Below are positions 9,472 to 18,359 of a stretch of DNA of 64,000 nt, one piece after another. Position numbers and translations under genes: made by a program. Under the pieces are notes generated by a model that was not told where the DNA came from, did not search any database, and was given only the letters and a program-made list of their open reading frames with translations. The DNA comes from an uncultured Alphaproteobacteria bacterium (GTDB lineage Bacteria; Pseudomonadota; Alphaproteobacteria; RF32; CAG-239): NCBI GenBank assembly GCA_944391415.1, contig CALXTM010000003.1, positions 22,510-86,509 of the forward strand, given 5' to 3'. How positions within the stretch are numbered: position 1 is the stretch's first letter; each line of letters starts with the position of its first letter.

Positions 9472-10819
9472 TCTTTTTTTCCTGTCGTTTTTCCAAAAAT
9501 TTTTCCAACCAATGAATATTATAAATTCCGTCTACAAAATCAGGTGAAGAAATAATTTCTTCATGTAGCGGCAAGGTTGTCGTTACTCCGCCGATAACAA
9601 ATTCGCGCAAAGCTCTTTTAAGACGTAACAAAGTAGCACTGCGTGTTGTACCGCGTACAATCAGTTTGGCAATCATGCTGTCATAAAACGGCGGAATTTT
9701 ATATCCGGAATAGGCCTCAGAGTCAACCCTAACTCCTAATCCGCCCGGTACGTGCCATTCGGCAATTTTGCCTGGACATGGTACAAATGTAAACGGATCT
9801 TCGGCATTAATTCGGCACTCGATTGCCGCACCGTGAAATTGAATATCGTCTTGTGTAAACCCAAGTTTTGCACCGTTGGCAATTTTGATTTGCTCACGGA
9901 CAATATCAATATCGGTTATTGCCTCGGTAATCGGGTGTTCAACCTGCAGCCTTGTATTCATTTCCAAGAAATAAAATTCACCGTCTTCAAACAAAAATTC
10001 CAAGGTTCCGGCACCGTAATATCCTATTTTTTTGATGGCAGAGCATACGATAGAGCAAATTTCATCGCGTTTTTCTTTGTTTAAAGCCGGCGATGGTGTT
10101 TCCTCAATCAGCTTTTGGTGTTTGCGCTGGATAGAGCAGTCTCTTTCACCCAAGTGCACCACATTGCCATGCATATCTGCCAAAATTTGAATTTCTATAT
10201 GCCGCGGTTTTTGCAGGTATTTTTCCATAAATACCACATCACTGGTAAACGAGGCTTTAGCCTCGGCTTTGGCCATGGTAAAAGCAGTTTCGATTTCATC
10301 TTCGTTAAAGGCTGTTTTCATACCTTTGCCGCCGCCACCGTCTTTGGCTTTGATAATTACGGGATAACCGATTTCTTTTGCCCATTTTTTAGCATCTTCG
10401 ACACTTTCCAAAGCCGGAGATCCTTTGGTAACCGGCAGTCCGGTTTCAATAGCCATTTTTTTGGAGGCAATCTTATCACCCATCAGGTGCATTTGCTCAG
10501 GCGTTGGGCCGATAAAAGTCAGCCCGTGCTTAATTACCATTTCGGCAAAATCGGCATTTTCCGACAAAAAGCCATATCCGGGGTGAATAGCTTCGGCCCC
10601 TGTAACAATTGCCGCTGAAATAATTGCCGTTTTGTTCAGGTAAGAATCTTTGGATTGAGGTCCGCCGATACAAACAGCTTCATCAGCCAATCTTACGTGC
10701 ATGGCGTCTTTATCTGCGGTAGAATGCACAGCCACGGTCTTTATACCCATTTCGTGACAAGCCCGATTAATTCGTAAAGCCACTTCACCACGATTAGCAA
10801 TCAGTACTTTTTCAAACAT
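9458..10819 (-). CDS. accC: Acetyl-CoA carboxylase biotin carboxylase subunit AccC
   Basis: N-terminus MFEKVLIANRGEVALRI, ATP-grasp GGGGKGM, EMNTRLQVEHPITE. 453 aa. Confidence 0.95.
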   Translation of the reverse strand: MFEKVLIANRGEVALRINRACHEMGIKTVAVHSTADKDAMHVRLADEAVCIGGPQSKDSYLNKTAIISAAIVTGAEAIHPGYGFLSENADFAEMVIKHGLTFIGPTPEQMHLMGDKIASKKMAIETGLPVTKGSPALESVEDAKKWAKEIGYPVIIKAKDGGGGKGMKTAFNEDEIETAFTMAKAEAKASFTSDVVFMEKYLQKPRHIEIQILADMHGNVVHLGERDCSIQRKHQKLIEETPSPALNKEKRDEICSIVCSAIKKIGYYGAGTLEFLFEDGEFYFLEMNTRLQVEHPITEAITDIDIVREQIKIANGAKLGFTQDDIQFHGAAIECRINAEDPFTFVPCPGKIAEWHVPGGLGVRVDSEAYSGYKIPPFYDSMIAKLIVRGTTRSATLLRLKRALREFVIGGVTTTLPLHEEIISSPDFVDGIYNIHWLEKFLEKRQEKKNDEK

Positions 10820-10829
10820 AATCTAACTC

Positions 10830-11288
10830 TTACTCAATTACAAACAAAGGTTCGTCATATTCTACGGCCGATCCCGATGTTACCAAAATTTGCTTAATTA
10901 TTCCGCCGCGCGGAGCTTTAATTTGGTTGAAAGTTTTCATCGCCTCGATCAAGCACAAAATATCACCTTCTTTAACAGTATCTCCGACCTTGACATAGTC
11001 TGGTTCCTCTGGGCTTGGCGATAAATACAACACGCCAACCATCGGCGACTTAACTGTCTCACCAGCAACAGTCGGTGTATCGTTTTGCACCGGTGCGGCA
11101 GGCTGTTGCGCTGGCAGCGGTTGCATAACCGGCATCGGCTGAGCTATAATCTCAGGAGCAGGGGCCGTCTTAGACCTGTTCGTCACAATAATGTGCAATC
11201 CGTCTTTGTCGTAATCAATTGATTCCAAATCAAGTTCACTAACAATTTTGGCAATTGATTCGATGCAATCAATATCTTCTTTTGCCAT
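10830..11288 (-). CDS. accB: Biotin carboxyl carrier protein AccB
   Basis: Pro/Ala-rich linker and biotinylation motif CLIEAMKTFNQI. The start overlaps the fabI stop (TAATG). Confidence 0.9.
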   Translation of the reverse strand: MAKEDIDCIESIAKIVSELDLESIDYDKDGLHIIVTNRSKTAPAPEIIAQPMPVMQPLPAQQPAAPVQNDTPTVAGETVKSPMVGVLYLSPSPEEPDYVKVGDTVKEGDILCLIEAMKTFNQIKAPRGGIIKQILVTSGSAVEYDEPLFVIE

Positions 11289-12127
11289 TAGTTTTCTTCT
11301 TTCATCTTTGCAAATTCAGCCAATAATTCAGAAACTTCTTGTGCGTGGTTGATATTAACCATGCCTTGTTTGTTGTATCCGCCATCAACATGCAAAACTT
11401 CGCCGGTTACGCCGCTTGCCATATCGCTCAGCAAATAAACCGCCGAATTTCCGATGTCATCGATGCTCATATTGCGACCTAAGAAACAATTAGCTTTGTT
11501 CCAGCCCAAGATGTTTCTGAAATCGCCGATACCTGCTGCAGCCAATGTTCTGATTGGGCCGGCCGAAATAGCATTAACTCTGATATTCTGCTCGCCCAAA
11601 TCTCTTGCCAAATACATAACCGAGGTCTCCAATGCAGCTTTGGCAATGCCCATTACGTTGTAATTTGGGATAACTCTCTCTGCACCAAGATAGGTCAATG
11701 TTACAAAACTTGCACCCTCGTTGGCAATTTTTGACGCTCTTGCACAAATATCGGTAAACGAATAGCAAGAGATATGCATTGTGTTAAGAAAGTTTGCCAA
11801 AGTTGTATCGCAATATCTTCCTTTGAGCTCATTTTTGTCAGAGAAAGCAATGGCATGAACCAAAAAGTCAATCTTGCCCCATTTTTGTTCAATTTCCTTA
11901 AACAAATTGTCCAAACTTGCCTCATCGGTAACATTGCACGGCAAAATAATGTTTGATCCCAAGCTTCCGGCCAACGTGCGTACACGTTTTTCCAATGCTT
12001 CACCTTGATAGGTAAACGCCATTTCGGCACCTTGTTCATGTAATGCCTTGGCAATACCCCAAGCAATAGAGTGGTCGTTAGCCAGTCCTAAAACAATACC
12101 TCTTTTATTTTTCATTATTTCTTTCAC
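11288..12127 (-). CDS. fabI: Enoyl-ACP reductase FabI (NADH-dependent)
   Basis: FabI pattern GLANDHSIAWGIA, with Y...MGIAKAALE (Tyr/Lys catalytic pair) and SAGPIRTLAA. The GTG start at 12127 is supported by AAGGAG 7 nt upstream. Confidence 0.9.
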   Translation of the reverse strand: MKEIMKNKRGIVLGLANDHSIAWGIAKALHEQGAEMAFTYQGEALEKRVRTLAGSLGSNIILPCNVTDEASLDNLFKEIEQKWGKIDFLVHAIAFSDKNELKGRYCDTTLANFLNTMHISCYSFTDICARASKIANEGASFVTLTYLGAERVIPNYNVMGIAKAALETSVMYLARDLGEQNIRVNAISAGPIRTLAAAGIGDFRNILGWNKANCFLGRNMSIDDIGNSAVYLLSDMASGVTGEVLHVDGGYNKQGMVNINHAQEVSELLAEFAKMKEEN

Positions 12128-12158
12128 GAAATTTCTCCTTAAATATTTTTATTTTAAA

Positions 12159-13550
12159 TCAAAGGCCTTTTTTGATTGTTTCAATCAATTCTTTTATTGT
12201 CGGCCAAGACCCGTGGTTAAACAGCGGATCGGTTTTAAATTTGAATGCATTCTTACCGGAAAACAAAATGTTATCCAGAATACTTCCTTTATGCCCAACC
12301 TCAATCAGCGATTTTCTGATACAATACGAACGCAAATCAGGTGCTTTGCCGGTTGTTCCGGTGTGGCTTGACCAGCTTGAAAATTTGCAAGCCGACAAGC
12401 AGCCGCAACAATTTGCAATATCGTCCATATCTTGGGCTTTTTCATCTTTTGTCAAAAATATCAAAGTGTTGTCCGGAGTAGCCGACAAACAAACTCTTCC
12501 TTTTTTCGCTTGCTCGTCAAACTTCGGCAAATCTTCTTTTTTGACATAGTAGGTTACATTTTTTGAATAAACTATCGGCTCCGAAAATTCTTCTGTCTGT
12601 TCTTTGCTGAAAGGAACCTGGTTGTTTGTGCGTTCAAAAAGCTTTCTGATAAAATTATTTTTAATTGCCGAAGACAAAAATCCTGTCGGACTAAAATCTT
12701 GAATAACCACATCGTCAATATTAAGATGCAACATCAACTTTTTCCAAGCCTGGCTTATGGGGCTTTCTTTGGTTAGAAGAGGGCGTGTACCAAACTGAAA
12801 GCCGACATTTCCGATTTCCGGGTTATCTATATAGTCTTGCCAGTCATTTAGCGACCACACGCCGCCGGCAATAATAATCGGGATGTTATTCAAGCCGTTT
12901 GCATTCAAGACTTTGCGCAGCTCCAGGACTTTTTCGTAAGGGCTTTGAGGCTTCCCAACCTCGTCGGTATTCGAAAATCCGCAATGTCCGCCGGCAAACC
13001 AAGGATCTTCATAAATTACTCCGCCCATATATTCTTTATATTTGTCATACCCGCGTTTAATCAAAATTTGTAAGGCTCTGCCCGATGATACAATAGGATA
13101 ATAAAACACCTTAAATTGCGATGTCAGCTCTGCCAATTTTATTGGTAAACCGGCACCTGATACCACTCCGTTGATCAAACCTTTGGCTCTTTCCAACACG
13201 TTCTTGATTAAGTATTGGCTGTCAGCAAGCTCCCACAACACATTCATGTTAATAAGCCCGTTGCCGTTCGAAATTTCATGTGCCATTTTGGCCTGGCTCA
13301 AACAGCCCTCGACAGCTTGCTCCATCATCTGTTGATGACGCTCTGGCCTTGATTTTGCGGTGATATCGATTTGACGAACATTTCCTTGCTCATCGTATAC
13401 GTCGGGAAAAACAGCCGAAAAAGTACCAACACAATTTTCTTTTGCCCAAGCACCGGCCGTTTTACCGTTGCTTACGTTAACTCCGCGTCCTCCTTCAAAC
13501 AGCGGAAACACATCTTTTCCGCACAAGTCCAAAAGTTTAAGCTCCTTCAT
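12159..13550 (-). CDS. Long-form NMO/FabK-family flavoprotein (putative enoyl-ACP reductase II-like) with a Cys-rich C-terminal extension
   Basis: Colinear with FabK landmarks: FPLFEGG near the N-terminus, AGGHCG, IPIIIAGGV, FQFGTRPLLTKES. At 463 aa it is much longer than the roughly 320 aa typical of FabK. The extra C-terminal region carries NCCGCLSAC...SYCI. Confidence 0.6.
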   Translation of the reverse strand: MKELKLLDLCGKDVFPLFEGGRGVNVSNGKTAGAWAKENCVGTFSAVFPDVYDEQGNVRQIDITAKSRPERHQQMMEQAVEGCLSQAKMAHEISNGNGLINMNVLWELADSQYLIKNVLERAKGLINGVVSGAGLPIKLAELTSQFKVFYYPIVSSGRALQILIKRGYDKYKEYMGGVIYEDPWFAGGHCGFSNTDEVGKPQSPYEKVLELRKVLNANGLNNIPIIIAGGVWSLNDWQDYIDNPEIGNVGFQFGTRPLLTKESPISQAWKKLMLHLNIDDVVIQDFSPTGFLSSAIKNNFIRKLFERTNNQVPFSKEQTEEFSEPIVYSKNVTYYVKKEDLPKFDEQAKKGRVCLSATPDNTLIFLTKDEKAQDMDDIANCCGCLSACKFSSWSSHTGTTGKAPDLRSYCIRKSLIEVGHKGSILDNILFSGKNAFKFKTDPLFNHGSWPTIKELIETIKKGL

Positions 13551-13551
13551 C

Positions 13552-14415
13552 TTATTCTCCTTTTACGAAGGTGTTACTCAACAGGTTCAGCAAACAAATA
13601 ATTTTTTCGCGTAACTCCTTGCGGTTTACAATCATGTCTACCATACCATGTTTTTTCAAATATTCTGCCTTTTGAAAACCAGCCGGCAAGTCTGCTTTAA
13701 TTGTTTCTTTAATAACCCTTGCTCCGGCAAAGGCAATCAAAGCATCAGGTTCGGCAATGGTAATATCCCCCAGCATTGCAAACGATGCCGATACGCCGCC
13801 GGTTGTCGGGTTTGACAAAACGGCAATATAAGGCAAATGTTTGTCTTTTAACAACTTGATAGCCAGCGTGGTTCTTGCCATTTGCATCAAAGATAAAATA
13901 CCTTCTTGCATACGGGCGCCGCCGGAGGCCGTAACCAAAATAAGCGGCATATGATGCTCGGTAGCAAAATGAGCAGCTTCGACAATTCCTTCACCAACGG
14001 CAACGCCCATTGATCCACCGATAAAGTTAAAGTTCATTACTCCGATAACCACACCGTGTCCGCCCATTTTACCATAAGCTGCTACAAAGGCATCGTCAAA
14101 TTTAGTCTTTTCTCTTGCTGCCTTAAGTCTTGAGCGATAGTCTTTGGTATCACGAAAATTTAACGGATCTTCTTTGACTTTTGGTGTAGGCAGGTAAGTA
14201 TATTCACTGTCATCAAACAACATATTCAGGCGTTTTCTTGGCCTTAAATAAAGATGATATCCGCAATGAGGGCAAACATACAAATTTTTTGCCAATTCTT
14301 GTCCATATATCATTGCATCACATTGCGGACATTTATCCCATAAATTATCCGGAACATCTTTTTCCGTTTTTGCAACAGATAATTTCGGACGAACATAATC
14401 AAGAAGCCAATTCAT
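13552..14415 (-). CDS. accD: Acetyl-CoA carboxylase carboxyltransferase beta subunit AccD
   Basis: N-terminal zinc ribbon CPQCDAMIY...CPHCGYH and a carboxyltransferase domain (GGSMG, ASGGARMQEG). Confidence 0.95.
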   Translation of the reverse strand: MNWLLDYVRPKLSVAKTEKDVPDNLWDKCPQCDAMIYGQELAKNLYVCPHCGYHLYLRPRKRLNMLFDDSEYTYLPTPKVKEDPLNFRDTKDYRSRLKAAREKTKFDDAFVAAYGKMGGHGVVIGVMNFNFIGGSMGVAVGEGIVEAAHFATEHHMPLILVTASGGARMQEGILSLMQMARTTLAIKLLKDKHLPYIAVLSNPTTGGVSASFAMLGDITIAEPDALIAFAGARVIKETIKADLPAGFQKAEYLKKHGMVDMIVNRKELREKIICLLNLLSNTFVKGE

Positions 14416-14417
14416 TA

Positions 14418-15389
14418 TTAACCTTCCTTCCCGATGCGAGACATCGCCAAAAATTTATGCTCTCTGTCTTTGGCCAAATTTTTCGGTGTAAGCTTTTTAA
14501 GCTCGGCCAAATGCTTTGCAATTACATCGCCGGTACGCTGGATTGTTTCATCCTTAAAACGATGAGCACCACCAACCGGCTCCGGAATAATTTCGTCGAC
14601 GACGCCGAGTTTATAAAGATCTTGAGCCGTAAGTTTAAGAGCATTGGCAGCTCTTTTCATGGCCGCTCCGTCACGCCACAAAATAGACGCACATCCCTCA
14701 GGCGAAATAACCGAGTATATGGAGTGCTCCAACATTAATATACGATTGGCCGCAGCTATGGCAATAGCCCCGCCTGATCCGCCTTCGCCAATAACCACCG
14801 CAATATAAGGAACTTCAAGCTTAAATCCTTCCATAATGCAGGCGGCGATCGCCTCGGCTTGTCCACGTTCTTCTCCCTCTATTCCGGGGAAAGCTCCTGC
14901 TGTATCAACCAACGATATAAGCGGAATATTGAAGTGATTGGCCAATTCCATCAGTCTTTTGGCTTTGCGATATCCTTCCGGCTTGGCCATACCAAACCCA
15001 TGGCGAATGCGGCTTTCCAAATCATTGCCTTTTTCCTGGCCGATTATCATAACCGATTGACCCTTAAAAAATCCCAGTCCGCCGATTATGGCCTCATCAT
15101 CACCAAATGCTTTATCGCCGGCCAAAGGCATAAAGTTTTCAATCAAAGCATTGATATAATCAATACTGTGAGGGCGATTTGAATGCCTTGCCACACAAAC
15201 TTTTTGCCAAGGAGTAAGCTTGGCATAAGTCTCTTCCAAAAGTTTTTGTGTTTTCTTTTCCAGATTTGCAATTTCCTTGTTAAAATCTTTTGCTAATTTG
15301 TCATCGCAACACGACTTTAACTCCTGAATTTTGCTCTCCAGTTTATAAATAGGCTCTTCAAAGTCTAAGTAGATAGTTTTGTCAGCCAT
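14418..15389 (-). CDS. accA: Acetyl-CoA carboxylase carboxyltransferase alpha subunit AccA
   Basis: AccA pattern VARHSNRPHSIDYI, DTAGAFPG, GEGGSGGA. Only 2 nt separate it from accD. Confidence 0.95.
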   Translation of the reverse strand: MADKTIYLDFEEPIYKLESKIQELKSCCDDKLAKDFNKEIANLEKKTQKLLEETYAKLTPWQKVCVARHSNRPHSIDYINALIENFMPLAGDKAFGDDEAIIGGLGFFKGQSVMIIGQEKGNDLESRIRHGFGMAKPEGYRKAKRLMELANHFNIPLISLVDTAGAFPGIEGEERGQAEAIAACIMEGFKLEVPYIAVVIGEGGSGGAIAIAAANRILMLEHSIYSVISPEGCASILWRDGAAMKRAANALKLTAQDLYKLGVVDEIIPEPVGGAHRFKDETIQRTGDVIAKHLAELKKLTPKNLAKDREHKFLAMSRIGKEG

Positions 15390-15411
15390 AACAATATCCT
15401 TAAAAAAAGTA

Positions 15412-15861
15412 TTATCTGCTCATCAAAGCAGTTAATATAGCCTCAGCATGCAAAACACCGTTGCATGTGGCCTTGCATTTAAAACGATATACGCCGCGGC
15501 ATTCTTTTTCTTTGACAACATGCATTTCCATAACATCTCCCGGCAAGAAGGGTTTGCGGAATTTGGCCTCGTCAATTCCCATAAACAAAACTGCTTTGTC
15601 ATTGCCACCGCCAACAAAGTCTTTTACGACGATACCGCAGGTTTGAGCCATTGCTTCCATAATCAATACGCCGGGCATAATGGGATTTTCAGGGAAATGG
15701 CCGGTAAATTGCGGTTCATTTACGGTAATATTTTTTATGCCGACACCTTCTTCACCTTCTTTAACGATTCTAACTTTATCAACCAGCAAAAACGGGTAGC
15801 GATGCGGCAACAATTGTAAGATATCGTTTATTTTTAATTCTTTAATGAATTCTTGTTCCAT
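15412..15861 (-). CDS. fabZ: 3-hydroxyacyl-ACP dehydratase FabZ
   Basis: Hotdog-fold motifs LPHRYPFLLVD and HFPENPIMPGVLIMEAMAQ. First gene of the FAS cluster. Confidence 0.95.
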   Translation of the reverse strand: MEQEFIKELKINDILQLLPHRYPFLLVDKVRIVKEGEEGVGIKNITVNEPQFTGHFPENPIMPGVLIMEAMAQTCGIVVKDFVGGGNDKAVLFMGIDEAKFRKPFLPGDVMEMHVVKEKECRGVYRFKCKATCNGVLHAEAILTALMSR

Positions 15862-15883
15862 TTTCTTTTCCTCAAAATTTTTC

Positions 15884-15912
15884 CATTATCAAATAAACAG
15901 TATTTTGCATCA
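15884..15912 (-). promoter_or_regulatory. Candidate sigma70-type promoter for the FAS supercluster
   Basis: On the minus strand, TTGATG, then 17 nt, then GATAAT, about 20 nt upstream of the fabZ SD (GAGGAAAAG). The surrounding DNA is AT-rich, so a chance match is possible. Confidence 0.3.
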
Positions 15913-16226
15913 ACTGTAAAGTACGCACTTCAATGCGCTATAGTTTCCGCAAAGATACTATATAATCCATATATATAATCTTCATTTTGCTTTTGGGATA
16001 ATATACTAAACAAACAAAAAGTCAATCAGTTGATTGAATTTGATGTTTTTATACAGAGTTTTATCGGCATAACGATTTGAAAATAAATAAAAATATTTGA
16101 AATAGCTCCTCTTAGTAACTTTAATCGTTTGGTATTATTTTTCGCTATTTTGTCCAAAAAATATTTGCAATATGTTAATATTATGCTATTATTATAATAA
16201 AGATTTAGAGTTTTGAGGAACCAATA

Positions 16227-18359
16227 ATGAAAAATCATGAACAATTTGTTGCCGAAGAATATGCCAAAGCAGGCAAACCGCTTGATTATGTTGTTATCGG
16301 AGATAAAAGTTTTATCTTGCCGCTCAGTTATGATGGTGATGCCGAAAAATTTATAGAAGATCTTTTTTCGTTTCAAGATAATCGTTATCATGAATATGAA
16401 GACTATAATCACAATTCAGACCAACAGATTGAACCGCTTAGTATCAAAATAACAGATGTTTGCAAGATTTGTATAACCGGTTATGAACCTCTCAAAAGTT
16501 TTTTTAAACATAATATGGTTAAAAAACTTCGCAATAATGCCAAACTTCAAGAAAAACTTAATGATTTATATGTTATTCCAAAATTAAACCAAACTATTGA
16601 TAATACACCCAAAAATAAAATTATCAAAGCAGCTCTTCAAACATCCAATCGCAAATATAATGCTGCAATCAAAAAAATAGTTCGCGCCAGAGAAGAATAC
16701 CCTAATCAAACTTTTGCCATAACCGTTGATCAAAAACAGCTTGATGATCTGGATGATTTGCATTCTAAGTATGTTAAGCAAAAAATAATTAATGGTCTAA
16801 GAAAGACATTTAAATTCGCAGCCGCGCAAACAGCCGAGATAGTCGGAGGGGCTGCCTTTGCTCTGCCGGCGGCGGTTTACTATCTCATCGATAAAAAAGT
16901 GCGTGTTGCCAAAAGAAACAACCAAGACAAAGGCAAAATCAAAAGCTTTGTTGACGACAAAAGGCTTCCTTGTATCCGCAGAGGAGTGTTAAAAGCTCTC
17001 ATTCTGCTGAGCTCCGTTGCCGCCACCAAAATAGTACCCTGTGTTAACAAAGTAACCGAAACCATTAACGAGCATAAGGAGGCCAAGGCTCAAGCTCTCA
17101 GACAAAAACTCAACCAACAATCATTTCAGCAAAAATTTACCATAACGGATAAAGAGAGTTTTGCCCAATTATATGAGCAGGCGTTTCCTTTGATGACATT
17201 GGCTATGATGCCAACCGAGATTCTCATTTGCGATGCATATTCAGACAATGGCAAAACCATTAATACAGCAGGTCTTGGCAGTTATTGGATGCCCAAAGAC
17301 GGCAACCCTTCAAGTTCCGAATGGATCAAGACCAGCGCATATGTCAAAGATAAGCCAGATTTTAGTATTACCGGTGAGCAAGCCTGCAATTTGGCAGATG
17401 GTTGGTTTCGCTCTCGAGAAGGTGGCAGGGTATACAACAAGATGTTCAATCTCTTGCAAGGGGCAGAACTTAACATCTGCGAATTTGCCGCAATAGCCAA
17501 TTGCGTTTATAATGACGAGCAAAATGGTTTCAAACTATGTTCTTTTGTCAAAGATAATTACCAAGATCCCATAAAATGTGCAGATTATCTTATGAAACTC
17601 AAACCTAGAAATTCGGCATTTAACAATGGTATCCTTAAGCGCCATACACATGAGGCACTTTTGTACCTAAATATTGATGATTACGCCAGAAAAATTCCCT
17701 ATTTTATGGTCAAAGAAGGCGTCAACTCCAACGGTGACACCTATTATGTTTCTGCTGTCACTCAATTGAGTGTTGCCGATTGCGATACTTTAGCTATGGT
17801 GTTGCAAAGCAATGAGATGACTGGGGCAAGCAAATTGGTGGGTAAAATATATAATTATCTTCCCAAAGGAGGCGAGGCTATTTATGAAATAGCCGGGAAA
17901 CATGGCCTTTCTAATCTGCTGGATTGTTATGATAATACGCTTGATTTTGAAGGAGTTCAGCACAATTTGGATGCCAAAAAGCTCTATGACGATGCCCTAA
18001 AACTTTATAAAGCCAAAAATTATGATCAAGCGCTCAAAGCTTTTGAAAATATGATAGCACAGGGGTATGATGGGGCCGATATTTATAATGATATTGCAAT
18101 TACCAAGTATCATTTAGGGGATAATCAAGGATGTATTGAGGCTTGCCAACACGTACTAAGTACTGGTGAAACAGAGCTATATTCTGCTGCCAATTTTAAT
18201 GCCGGCAAAGCATATGAAGAATTGGGTAATGACGAAAAAGCCAAACAAAATTACCGCTTGGCGCAACAAAGAGATCCAAACAATTCTACCTATGCTAAAG
18301 CCCTGCAAAAGTTAAATAATAAACCTAATCCAGCTTTGTTGACCCAAAATACTCGTTAA
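16227..18359 (+). CDS. 710 aa membrane-associated protein with a GH24 lysozyme-like core and C-terminal TPR repeats
   Basis: ATG with GAGGAA SD. Two hydrophobic segments (AAAQTAEIVGGAAFALPAAVYYLI, VLKALILLSSVAATKIV). Residues about 330-490 are colinear with phage-type lysozyme landmarks (E-x6-AYSDNGKTINTAGLG, ITGEQA, NGILKRHTHEALLYL). The C-terminal 130 aa are TPR-like (YDQALKAFENM..., AGKAYEELGNDEKAKQNYRLA). Confidence 0.55.
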   Translation: MKNHEQFVAEEYAKAGKPLDYVVIGDKSFILPLSYDGDAEKFIEDLFSFQDNRYHEYEDYNHNSDQQIEPLSIKITDVCKICITGYEPLKSFFKHNMVKKLRNNAKLQEKLNDLYVIPKLNQTIDNTPKNKIIKAALQTSNRKYNAAIKKIVRAREEYPNQTFAITVDQKQLDDLDDLHSKYVKQKIINGLRKTFKFAAAQTAEIVGGAAFALPAAVYYLIDKKVRVAKRNNQDKGKIKSFVDDKRLPCIRRGVLKALILLSSVAATKIVPCVNKVTETINEHKEAKAQALRQKLNQQSFQQKFTITDKESFAQLYEQAFPLMTLAMMPTEILICDAYSDNGKTINTAGLGSYWMPKDGNPSSSEWIKTSAYVKDKPDFSITGEQACNLADGWFRSREGGRVYNKMFNLLQGAELNICEFAAIANCVYNDEQNGFKLCSFVKDNYQDPIKCADYLMKLKPRNSAFNNGILKRHTHEALLYLNIDDYARKIPYFMVKEGVNSNGDTYYVSAVTQLSVADCDTLAMVLQSNEMTGASKLVGKIYNYLPKGGEAIYEIAGKHGLSNLLDCYDNTLDFEGVQHNLDAKKLYDDALKLYKAKNYDQALKAFENMIAQGYDGADIYNDIAITKYHLGDNQGCIEACQHVLSTGETELYSAANFNAGKAYEELGNDEKAKQNYRLAQQRDPNNSTYAKALQKLNNKPNPALLTQNTR

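Noticed and set aside
16026-16412. 128 aa minus-strand ORF spanning the AT-rich fabZ/710 aa intergenic region, and a caatca-N2-tgattg inverted repeat at 16024-16037
   Set aside because: The ORF is Ile/Phe/Lys-rich, as expected from AT-rich non-coding DNA, and it overlaps the start of the 710 aa gene. The 6-bp palindrome is too short to call an operator in AT-rich sequence.
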